Below are positions 21,101 to 32,500 of a DNA stretch of 40,440 bases, piece by piece (the stretch's first letter is position 1; every line of letters starts with the position of its first letter). Under the pieces are notes generated by a model. That model did not search any database, was not told the origin of the DNA, and saw only the letters and a list, made by a program, of their open reading frames with translations. Location of the stretch: contig JYFJ02003534.1 of assembly GCA_000934665.2 (NCBI GenBank), positions 1 to 40,440 of the forward strand, given 5' to 3'. Origin of the DNA: Catajapyx aquilonaris. Taxonomy: Eukaryota. A program made the translations under genes and the position numbers.

Positions 21101-23687
21101 ATCTTCATTTAACCCTTTGTCTCCTGCCACCATTTTGATTGAATTATAATGCAACCAAACAAAATAATTGTTAAAAATTCACTGGTAAAACCCCGACGGA
21201 AATTTCTTTCACCATAGAAACTAGAAGAGTTACCTAAGGGCCCTGCCACACTAGACGGAATTTCCATGACGGAAACTCCGTCGCCGAATGATTTTGCAAC
21301 TTTTTTTCACGCGGAATTTCCGTCGACCGTGCTGCCACCTTGCTGCCCTTTCAGCTACCAATCCCCTGGTTTCAATGCCAGTAAAGCCGCTTTTCCCCCG
21401 GCGGAATCAATGTATTGCAATGGGATTATTGTCCCCGACCGAATCGGCAACCGATTTTTTCCGCTGTGTCTTCGGCTGGTGCTCGACGGAAGGACGGAAA
21501 ATCCGTCATGTGTGTCACATCCCAACGGAATCCCGTTTACTTCCATGTGTTTGATTTTTTGAGCGGAATGCGACGGAAATTCCGTCTAGTGTGGCAGGGG
21601 CCTAAGACTATGGTCAGGAGTATTTACACCACTCCACAGTGGGCAAAATCGCGAAATTCATGGTCAACAATAATTTATGTTTGGATTAGCGTGAATTTAG
21701 TGTTTGGGAGTTACTCAAGCACGCGGACGATTGTAGTGACGAAAAAGTCGCTACGTTTACCTTAGTCGCTACGATCGCCGCGCTCGAGTCGGACACTAAC
21801 TTCTCTCCTCGTCTTTCAGTGACATTCTTCCTATTTTAAATTATTGAAACCACCGATAAATTGTTGCACGTGAAAGAGCAAGGTCCCCAAAAGCCAGTTG
21901 CCAAAACTTAAGTCTTTGGGACTCGCTTAACCAATTTTTAAAATCGTATCAAATCAGATAACTATAATAGCACACCTTCCTAAAGAAATGCTCGTTTCTC
22001 GTAGCACGCAAAAAAGCGCAAGAAAAGCTTTTAGGCACAGAATGTGACATATACCAGTATGTTATTCCACCTCAAAAACAGACGCGCAAGCGCGCGCACC
22101 ACTTTGTAGGTCAAAATTTAATGTGACCTACACTTGTTCTTATTCGTATTTTTCATCATTCTCTAACATGAGCAATAATGGGCATATCATTTACATGATG
22201 ATAAAACCATTTATCAACAGTGAAACTACACATTTCCAATTACTCGATGGCGTAAAAATTAGTTATGTTGCTGGTCATTTCCAATAGGGAAAAAGCAGCA
22301 CAATCTTAAACAACGGGCAAAGTTGATCAACACACTTCTACTGTCGCGAGAACAAGCCCACTTTGAACCGTACCCTATGGCTGTCAGGTTCAAATCCAAG
22401 CTCCAACAATTGCACCACATGTTGCTCTGGTTATTTTTAGATGTGCCTAAGTATGTTTGGACTGGACATTACAAGGTTACCAAATTGGAAATCTGACCAT
22501 GAACTTCGCGATTTTTTCCACTGTGCACTCACATGATAGTTTTAATGGCATGACGTCATAGGCCGAAGGTCTCATTCATTGTAAGAAAACATTTACTGCA
22601 TGAATTTAAATACACATAGCTCCCTGCCGCATATTTCCCAGTAAACGGACGTGCAGCTGAAAACCATTAAAAAATTCCCGCAATTCTGTGACCTACTTTT
22701 CGCCAGGGAAAAAATCAGAACGATCTGTGAACGGTAGGCAAACTCCCCAGTGCCATTGTGGCCGTGAAAGTCTGATGGCACAAGTTAAAACCCGGTACCT
22801 TCCAAAATCACAGAAATTGAGTTAAGTGCACCATTGCACTCCTCTTTGCAAGCCACACCTTTTGGTACAAAGCCCGTAACTGTAGGAGCAACCCTTGCAA
22901 AGTTATGGCCAATTGAAATCATGAACTTCCATATACGATAATGAAAACAGAAAACTTCAAACGCAGATTTCTCGAAATGACAAAAAGTGGACACAGGGTT
23001 TTGATTTGGGCTGTCAGAAGTGACCTCGCTACTAATTTTCCGGGCAGACTGCTCCGAGCTCTAGGCAGTGCCCGCTTGCATAAATATAATTAATTCCTGC
23101 ACTCATCGTGTAATCCTGGGCTAGATGCCCCATACAATTGATCATGTTCAATTGTTCAGTCATAGCCATCTTGATTCTCTTAATTTACAAAGCTGCATTC
23201 ACAAACCAACACAAAAGAATGTACCGGGGCAAAGTGAGAAGTTGCAGCATTTATGAAGGCTCCTTACATCAATTTTCAAAATCATCTCCACAAATGCTTC
23301 CCATGTTTAGACACTTACGGTCTTTTTCATGAGAGACCTCCTCCCTTTTCCTTTGAAGTTCTTACTGCCTCCTCCTCTGGCACGGGTTGAGCCATGGCGT
23401 CCCCCTCTCCCCCTCCTGGCACCACCTCGTCCAGTGCTCCCTGATGCTTTGCTTGTACTGGGCATCACTTCCTGCTTTGGCACCACAAGAGGTTTCTCTG
23501 GGTCAGGTGGAGTAGCCTGACGTGTTCCCTTGCCCGAGAAGCATGTGATACACTGAATCTCTCCTGAGTCAGTTCGCTTCCAGTACATGGAGTTCTTCAC
23601 CCGACACTTTGAGCACACTGGCTTAATACCCAGTGGAATCGTTGCTGCCTCACCTTCTGATCGCGATGACTGAAACACAAGCCCCAT
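18136..23687 (-). CDS. GATAD1: GATA zinc finger domain-containing protein 1 (N-terminal GATA-type finger, C-terminal BAH-like region); start uncertain
   Basis: Exons 23687(or 23669)-23319, 20940-20881, 20436-20250, 18320-18136, with matching phases. PLGIKPVCSKC..WK..GEIQCITC; KGKGRR; PAKAP; GSYFQTGDIVSVID..YYAQIRAFLQDQHCEKSAVITWLLPT..FDPSTYILGPEEELPR..FEFVMHAPSDYFK. Confidence 0.95.
18500..19490. mobile_element. Kolobok-like non-autonomous element hosting a nested MITE
   Basis: TTAA|TGGGGTCCTAGCCT ... AGGCTAGGACCCCA|TTGT: 14-bp TIR, degenerate TTAA. Internal TGACGTCA-type motifs. Confidence 0.5.
18952..19394. mobile_element. Long palindromic MITE with 7-bp TSD (P-element/Galileo-type signature)
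   Basis: 32-bp perfect TIR CAGGGAGCATATACTACATAAGAGGCGCAAAC. Inverted similarity continues almost to the centre. TSD TTATGGT at 18945-18951 and 19395-19401. Confidence 0.8.
19709..20079. mobile_element. mariner/Tc1-type MITE
   Basis: (T)AGGGTGTTTGTTACTAGTCCAG ... CTGGACTAGTTAGAAACACCCTG|TA. Imperfect TIRs of about 105 bp. Confidence 0.8.
21238..21602. mobile_element. PIF/Harbinger MITE
   Basis: TAA|GGGCCCTGCCACACTAGACGGAATTTCC ... GGAAATTCCGTCTAGTGTGGCAGGGGCC|TAA. Multiple internal GACGGAA motifs. Confidence 0.88.
21635..22525. mobile_element. Non-autonomous Transib-type element (891 bp)
   Basis: 32-bp TIR CACAGTGG(GC/AA)AAAATCGCGAA(A/G)TTCATGGTCA at both ends. Perfect 5-bp TSD CACTC at 21630-21634 and 22526-22530. 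No transposase ORF. Confidence 0.85.
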
Positions 23688-24867
23688 GTTAGTTATTATA
23701 CTGCGCGATGCAATTCCACCACCAGTACCCTCATACTATGTACGTATACTTGCCATGGACTATGTATGTATACTTGCCATGGTAAACTGACTAGGGGGAC
23801 ACCCAACAGTTTTTAACGTTCCTTTTGCACTGAAATGCTGCGAACAATAGGGAACAGGAGCGTCGCAATCTCAACAAGTTGGCAGACCTGCTCGCGTTGC
23901 AGGCTGCCCAACCAACTATGTGTCTTTAACCTGTCTTTATATGAGTATATTCGAAAATTACATTTTTATTTATTAATATATTTTACAGTAACATTTTTAT
24001 AACATGCGTACCAGGCCTAGCTATTGTTTCAAAATACCGGACTTGATCTGGCACACTGTTCCTCATAAATGCGCACCAAATTTGAACCCTTTGGATCGGG
24101 AGCACGATCGGGAGAGCCTTAAATTTGGACAATAATTGTTTTATATTAAAATTAATAAATATCAGGTGATGATTGGGTAGTAATGATATTATGGCAGACA
24201 AAATATGGAGGTCACTCAAACCTGGACATACGATGTTACGATAATACGTGGGAAGCTTGGTCAGTACAACCAAGAGCTAATACAACTCGTATAAATAAGT
24301 CACATGACTTTCACATAATCCTAAATAGCCTGTCTTAAAGCCAGTCTTTGTTTTTTCATAATTAAATTATCAAAATACCTGCCACTGATAATTACGAGTA
24401 GGCCTAATAATTAAGCATACTCGTATAAATTTGGCGGTTGTTGCGTGGAATTTCCTCAAAAAACAATATTCACTGGGTAGCACATTAATATTTCAATGAA
24501 ATTAATTGCATAAATATATCAGTGAATAAACGAAGGATATTGATATTGCAGTGATTTGCATAAGCCAATGCGCAAAGCCATGTAACTAAATATTTCGATT
24601 AGCATTATTATAATTACCAGTATGTATACTTGTATACAAGTACTCATACGGAAAATATTTTATTACAGGCCTACTGTATACATACACTCACAAACCTGCA
24701 CAGCAATGAGCTTCAGCAATGAGCGAACTAACTGGGAAATATTAATCAAACCACAGAAATCAAGTGCAAGCAGCTCTTGGTGCAAGTGACTGCCACTTTA
24801 TTCATAGGTTGGGTACCATGCACATATTCTGGGTCAGACACATATTACCAACGTATATCATTCCAGT

Positions 24868-26243
24868 CTAAAAACTCGACTTTCCAAAAATAAAATTTCC
24901 AGGTGATTTAGGATCATCAGAGCAGAAATATTCATTCCACAAGGTGCCAAAGGTGTCTCGAGTTACGGTGACAGTGTTATTCTGTTGAAAAAAAAGACAA
25001 TGCAGGACAATAAGTAGTTAATATTTTTACTCCCACTACAATAGTCACCAATAAAGAGAGTGTAATATTTTAAAATGTTGCACATCAAATTGGGATCTAA
25101 TTGCGATTGATTGTGGATATAAAATGTAGGACTGAGATTGAACCTATGAATTGGAATAATTCATGTAATCATTCATACTCACTTTAGACAGCTTCTGGAA
25201 GGCCTTAGCGCATTCTTCGGCAGGAACACCATAGCCAGTGCACACGGAGGTGAACTCACCCTCATCAACAGAGCCGTCTCCTATACAAGAACTCCTGTCA
25301 GTTAGTAACTATAAACACATCCATCCCTTAATTTGTTTTACCTGACGTATCTTGGAGGTCAAAAATGAAGTTCATGTAGTTCTTCTGCCAGTCTAAAGCT
25401 TTCTTATTCTCAGCAAATTTTTCCCACATCTCGCACCATTCTTCAGTGCTCACCTGCCAGAAAAATGAAAATAAAGTAACTTATGCGGATCGACTTGTCA
25501 ACAAACTTTTGCATACCGCATTGTCGTTGTTAGAATCGGCCCCCTTTTGTAGCCCATCCCAAATGTCCAGTAGTCTCTCCTGGACATCCTTGTAGCGTGC
25601 TTCACCTGCAGACCAGCCTCTGATTTTGCAGATGTTCTGTGTGAGAGTTCCAAAATGTTAGATCAGATAAGCTGCCTATACTTAGGGCGCGGGAATGATG
25701 TTGGACATTATTTTCTGGCTATGGTAAAATATTAGCACCGAAAAACTATTATAAATTAATTACCTCAACCATCAGCTGGAAGTCGTCTTTCTCAATATTT
25801 CCACTGTGGTCCGTGTCTGGAAGGTATATGGTACTCTGTAGTAATAATTCTGACTTGCTGAGAAGTGTGGCAAAAATTGTTGCAGAATAATAATATTACG
25901 GTGGTATGCTGATGAATGTGCAGACTGTATATGCAAGTAACATGGTGTAAGTAATTATTCCTATTAGGTGTTCCAGTAATTAGTGTTTGTATTACTCTAA
26001 TTAATTTAATTTAATTCTTATTGCCATGAAACTGATACATAATTATTATATCAGTACACAGTGAAACACTTTTCATCCCACTCCATCTTCTTGACATATT
26101 TTTCTCTACACGGTATGTAGGTTTTGATGCCAATAAACCATATATTAAACCAAGTCTGTAAAATAATACCATACAAAATACTAACCAAAAAATACTTTGA
26201 AGACATATTCCAGCTTCTTCTTCCGGAAGTCGCTGATTGGCAT
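24868..26243 (-). CDS. Scp2: Calexcitin / sarcoplasmic calcium-binding protein 2-like EF-hand protein, 184 aa
   Basis: Exons 26243-26186, 25816-25764, 25636-25517, 25453-25342, 25280-25183, 24981-24868 (555 nt). [32 protein letters not shown]...ADSNNDNAVSTEEW...DWQKNYMNFIFDLQDTSGDGSVDEGEF...LWNEYFCSDDPKSPGNFIFGKSSF*. Confidence 0.95.
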
Positions 26244-27660
26244 GGTGGACTTACTGCAAATTATGAACGACATCAATTCATTAGTAAGTAAGAATCCAAT
26301 TTTTTCAAACCAAATACAGTGAAACTAGAGGTTGTTAATAGTATCCCATCTCCCATGTAATAAAATTATAAGGTTGCTCCGGCGTTGATTGATATCGAGG
26401 AAAAACAAGAAGGGCCTGGTAAATATTATTCGAACTGGAATAGGCCTTTCCCTGCTTTTTTCTATATTTTATATAATATTAACCACTTCTGATGGGTATG
26501 AATCATTTTTTATTTTACACAAATATGAGTTCGTACAACCGAGCAAGACTTTCGCCAAATTTTTAGGTCACAATTTTGTAATAAAATTATCACCGTGTTA
26601 TATAGTGCTGAATCTCTATAGGTTATCAGCACATCTAGGCACTGGGTAATATGATACCTGTACTCGCCAAATACTGACTATCATATGGCATCACTTACCA
26701 CTTGATTTTTTCCCCTTTAGACGACAGAGTCGAAGTAGTGGCAGTAACACTGTAAACCAGTAGCTCAAAGTACCCCTACATTTATACTCATAGTCACGAT
26801 TATTTTTTGATGACTCATTCCTGAATACAAGTATACTCAAGATAGCAAGAAAATAAGTGCATGATATAAAAGATAACAACTACTTGCAATAATATACCAC
26901 GAACAAAATCATTTATTGAGCAACAGCTATAGCATCTCCTGCATCCTGTTACGACACTTGCACGAAGGTTAACAATAAGCCAATGCACGATAAGAGTATA
27001 ATCAATAATGGACTAGTTGCGGCAAAAAATTTCATTATTGCACTTTATCATGTTGACCCAAGACCTTTACTGACAGTAACAATAGTTTTTGTAGGGCACA
27101 AAAAAATCATATCTACGTATATGAACTTGATTTTCACAAGGACAATAGCGTAATTGCGTCAACAGTGGTGATATATTCTTTTCTCACAGATGCATGCAGT
27201 AGACTATACAGTACACAATATGCAAGAGGAAACATTATTGCTGAAAGGGGCAACTAATTGCACCATTTTTTTTGTAGGAAGTCCATTTTCTGGCAGTCCT
27301 AAAGATTGATAAGGAGCCGAGTAGCCAGCATTTTTCGTCTTCATTAGCATGTAAACAATATAAGTTATTGCAAGATCAAATCTTCGATTAGGCCTATCTC
27401 GAAACTGGTTTTATGGATTTGTATAGATTTCACTCGTATGTCAATGATATGTTACATCACATGGTTACTTTGACCCGGAATGTTTGATTATGGTTCGGTT
27501 TGGTTTGAAATTGAGGGAAGCGAAAATGGTTGACTTTTGATGATCAATAAAGGTCGAATTCAGTGGACAGCTAACAGCATTCTGGTCAGTAAGGTGTTGG
27601 CACATCAGATTTTTTTGTGTGTATTGCAACCTGACACAAGCATACTAAACTTATACAGGC

Positions 27661-27950
27661 TTGGTTGGTTGGTTGGTTGGTAGGAAGGGTTACCCAGCTT
27701 GTATGGCTCTGTCTGAGTCGAGCCTTGGCAGCCGGGGGTAGGAGAGGAAGGTGTGGGATTGCAAGGTAGGGGTGGGTGAGAAGGGTGGGGGAGAGGAGGG
27801 CTGGCCCCGGCTGTACTGCAATGCCGGGTCCAACCCAGGGACGGGGGTGGGATATTCTCCCAAGCACCCCGTCCAACCAAGAAATGCGAGTCAGGTCCGA
27901 GGACCGCTCGAGGAAGAGAGTACCGTCGCTGGCGAACCAGACGGGCCTCA
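27661..27950 (-). repeat. GC-rich interspersed repeat, probable SINE or LINE 3' end with (CCAA)n tail
   Basis: Abrupt GC-rich block ending on the minus strand in ...GGGTAACCCTTCCTA(CCAA)5. No clear TSD or Pol III boxes. Confidence 0.45.
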
Positions 27951-28737
27951 TACAACCAAGTGGTTGATTGGGCTTGGTCACATTGCATTTCAAACACGAC
28001 AGAAGAGCCGTCAGGTTTTATTTAAATTCATGTGTTTTTCCGCCTCGTTTTAAGCACCTAATGTAGCTGATGCCTACAATTTAATTTAAAAATACATCCA
28101 ATCGCAAGGCCACTTTCTTATCATTACAGAGTCAGGTTGAAGTACTCTATACAGATACCCTTGACGCAAATTCATGGTAAATGAAATAAGTCTCGTGATC
28201 ATCCGCAGACAAGGGCTCTGATATCCCTTGTCGATATACCATATATGGGAAATCATTATAAGTATAGGCTGTTATCAAAAGTGGGCTGCAATAGACACTA
28301 GATTATTTTATATATCACATATCCTCGTGGTCAGCCCATTTACGTAATTAATGTTTAGTCCTCCTCCCATTCATTCAATGTTTTATGAAACACATACCCA
28401 AAATAATTTTGGGCAACTTTCCTATGGGATGAAACTGTCTCAGCAGATTTGGCATAGAATGTACATTGTACAGTACTGTACATGAGAGTCTGCCTCACGT
28501 CTGCCTTTTTTTTCCCCCTATCCATCATGGCCGCCATAATATTACTATTTGAGCTGCAGCTGGCGCTGACATCATACCGGTAGCCTCTATATATGTAGAT
28601 CTACATATGTGCTCTCTCGTTGTGCTCTTGTGCACTGGTCCGCGGGCACTGAGCGTCTGAGGTCTGACGGATGACGCTTGTTTTGATGTATGGAACGTGT
28701 TGGAGGTACCAGGTTGTGACATCCCATTTATAGCCGG

Positions 28738-29488
28738 ATGGAAGCCATAGATTGTGAGCAATCAGGATCAGAACCTCATAATGGGAGGGGTGAACAGAGT
28801 GAAGCTCAAGAAAGACAGCACTTTCAACGCATTGTCAGCGCATTCCGATACTACAGGTGCACAGGCATGATAGAACTTATGTATACAGAGTAAGGGACTG
28901 ATGAGAGGGTCAGAAGGCTATGCACTGTAGTCACCAGGTCTTGGTTGCACGGGAAACTTATCCATTACTGAATCTTATTTATGGATATTCAATGTACAGC
29001 TTAGAATGAACAAGGGCCATTATAAATAGCCTGTACAACATTGTCAAGTCTCAGTTAAGTCACTTGATAAGTACGCATCTGTTATACAGCAGTTACAAGT
29101 TGTGTTGTTGCTAGATTACCACTGTTTTGAATTTGAAGTAATGGCAATGTCACAGCTGCAGGGGAAGGTGTGGTGGTCGAGATGGTAACATCTTGGCTTG
29201 CTGAGTGAAAGGTCCCAGGTTCGATCCCCTCCGGGAAGTTCCCTTTCACCTGATTCGGGAGGGTCTCTGACCTGCACCTTTGAAGGTGTCTGGAAACCTA
29301 ACCTGGGGGATTGCACATGGCCCGACCTTGAGACATTGCACTTGCACCCGTGTCCCCTCCCCAAAAATCCCTACCCTCTCCCATTATCCTGTTTCCTTGC
29401 ACCGTAGATTGAAGGAAAAGTACAAGAAAATTGATGGTGGTGTACCACCCCCCAAAAAGGCTTATAAAAGGCCTATCACATAGTAAAA

Positions 29489-29535
<47 letters not shown>

Positions 29536-32500
29536 ATGAATAAATAATGTCACAGCTGGGCGTTGCCACATTTCTCAATAACCATGCCCCGGGGGCATCC
29601 TACACAGAATGGTAATATAACACTGAATGAATAACTTGAATGGGAGTCCCCCCAAAAGGGCTCTGCCCTGAGACGGGGTAAATAAAAAAATAAAAATACA
29701 TAAATAACTTGAATGGATTGCAACAATAAACAATCAAAAGTATATACAGTGTGCGGTCCCTAACCCAGGGATTGGTTCCGAGCCCCCCCTTGAATACCAA
29801 AATCCACAGACACTCAAGTCCATGATATAAAATGGCTTGTATATGAGGAATAGTTAGTGAGGCTTACTTTTGCCTTCTTTCCTGGCCACTTTGACTACTT
29901 GCCATTTTTTGAATCATGTTGGTTGGGTATGATGACAGTAGGTCAGTTGGAGCCAGTTGTTTCCCGGCACCCCTTGACCCGATCAAATTGTAATCGCCTC
30001 AGCTTCAAAACTTAGCAAAGGTAATCTCTGTATGACTGTATGTGTTCTGTTTTCGAATAAAAATATACGCGCCATTACTTTTGACTCAACCCACGTACTG
30101 TAAATGTAATGCAGGCCTACTAATCATGTGTTTTGTATTGCTTTAGTTAAATTTTAAACAGCAGAGTGTGTACGTAGAAGATAAATACATCGCTATTTCT
30201 TAGAAAAACGTAATATTGTGCATTATTTCATGATTTTTTATGCTTTTTGTTGTGTTTTCCTCTGCTCCTCGAATTATCCTTCCTATTCTATTATCCGATA
30301 ATGTCCAGTCCCAGTGAAGGATAATTGGGGTTCTACTGTATTCTGACTTCATAATATGAAGCTCATTGTGAATATTATTCACAATCAGCACCTACTAATA
30401 CATTAGAAACAGTGATAATGGTACAATTAACAAAACCATTTTTGACCGAAATATTAGTGATATTGAGTGATGCACAGTACTATCTGCAAAATAAGGTAGG
30501 TATGTTACAAAAAAAATGGAGGGTGATCAAATGTGATCACATTTGGACTTCATGTTCGGAATCAGCGCATTAGAAATGGCTAAAATTGTCATGTGCCAAA
30601 ATCTTGTTGACTAGTGTAATTGACTATTTTCTTACCCTGCTAGTGAAAGTATTGCTAACTCATGCAAATGACCTGGGAAATGAGGTGAGGTATATGTAAG
30701 CTTACCTAACTAGCCACATTTCCACCCTGACAATTCTTTTCCACCACGTCTTGGGGTCAGACTTCATGGAGCAGTTACCCTGTCCCCAGTAAAACATGCC
30801 AATTTTCTATATTTCTTGGGAACTGAAATGGTTCAGAAGTATTTGAGCATATTAGAAGAAAAAATCTTGCCTGTAAGTACAAACTGTACTTTTGGTTAGG
30901 CCTTGAGCCCATTTGTGACTTATGAACATGTCTATAGAGGCACAATGATCACATTGAGACAGCATTCAAGCAACTTGGGAAAGAGAGTTTCAATTTGGTG
31001 TAATGTCTCTTTTCTGTTATAAGATGCTACATGATTTTCTCTTTTTTTTCCAGGACACACTCTCTTCAGCGGTTAGCTCATACTGAAGCATACCTTCATT
31101 CATTACCAGCACGGCATCAAAAGTTTTTGGAGAATTATGAACGTCACTTGCATGATGTACAGGTGTGCATTGAGCATAATAATGAGATAGTGAAGTTGAT
31201 GGTCAAGGATGTGGATAACATTTTTCAAAATGTGGAGCACATTATCGAGGTAATGGTGATGATAAGGCAATTCAATAAAATCAGCAGTGACAATAATTGT
31301 AACTACAGTAATAATAATAATCAGAAATAGACTTGCCAGGGAGGTTTTCTGAGTGCAACTCAAATGAAGGGCTCGGGAGAAAAACTTGATAACCGCCAGT
31401 GAAAAATGCAAAAGGTTCTCAGCCAGATTGATTTCCCCGGAAGCAAATTAAGCACGGAATGTGTCCTCTGGTAGGGAGTACCTTCATGATTATTCATGAC
31501 TTTTTTCCCACCTGCAGAGAGAGTAAGTCGCTGCAGTCAGCCTGTGAGTGACCGAGGGTACTCGGCGCCCGTTGAATTTTCATTTCCTGTGAAAATGATG
31601 GAACAAATTGAACAGGGTATGACCCACGACTCGTCACCAGTCATCACAGTGTTCAGGAAGTCGGGGTCACCGTTTGAGGAGTGCAGAATGTCCTGCGAGA
31701 CTTGCAGCTCCATCGGTAGGTAGTTTTGGCACTAATTGAACATCTCAGGAGTAAAACGTGTTAACCGGCATGTGGCAGTGGGGTCACAGGCTGACTGTTA
31801 GTGACTGGTGCTCTCTGCAGGTGGGAACATATTCACGAATACTCATGAAGGTACTCCACTTTTGCATTTTTCACTGGCGGTTATCACGTTTTTCTCCCGA
31901 GCCCTCCAAATATTCAAACCTGAAAGTGAATTAGTGCATTCTCAGTAATGAGTAACTGCCAAAAGTAATTTTGCGGAAGGGTTGAAATGGAGGAGAGGTC
32001 AGATATCAAAATTGTGTTCTCCACAAAACGTGTAGAAGACATTTCTTGACATTTTGCATCCATCAAAAGGACAAATTCGGTTCCCAATTTTGTCCTCATT
32101 ACTAGGTTGGGGCATGTGCAATCCCCCAGGAGGTTGGGTCGCCAGACACCTCCAAAGGTGCAGGTGATCTCGGCCACCACACATTCGCCAGTAATGCTGT
32201 ATTGGTTCGTGCTTACTGGCTGTTTCTCCTCTGACATGTAGCAGTAGGATTTCATGGTTGGATATGGTGGGTGGAAGTAATAGGGAGGATAGGAAGCTTA
32301 AATTTTGGCACATACAGCTATAGAATTAGGCTATTACACTGCTGGGATCTTTGCCACTCACACCATCACTTGGTGTATGCAGTGAATGAGACAACAGAAA
32401 AGAATTTAGTTTCTGTGCACAGTGCATTTTAGAAAACCAGTCGGGTTCACTATTAGTACTCTAGTTGGATGCAAAATGTCTAGAAAGTCATTGCAAATTA

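Noticed and set aside
23740..23783. ATACTTGCCATGG resembling the U1 snRNA 5' end
   Set aside because: Only a short partial match with no U1 body. It is better read as the complement of a splice-donor-like sequence.
27850..27935. 5S rRNA-derived (SINE3) head
   Set aside because: Similarity is limited to a few short words, too weak to support without an alignment.
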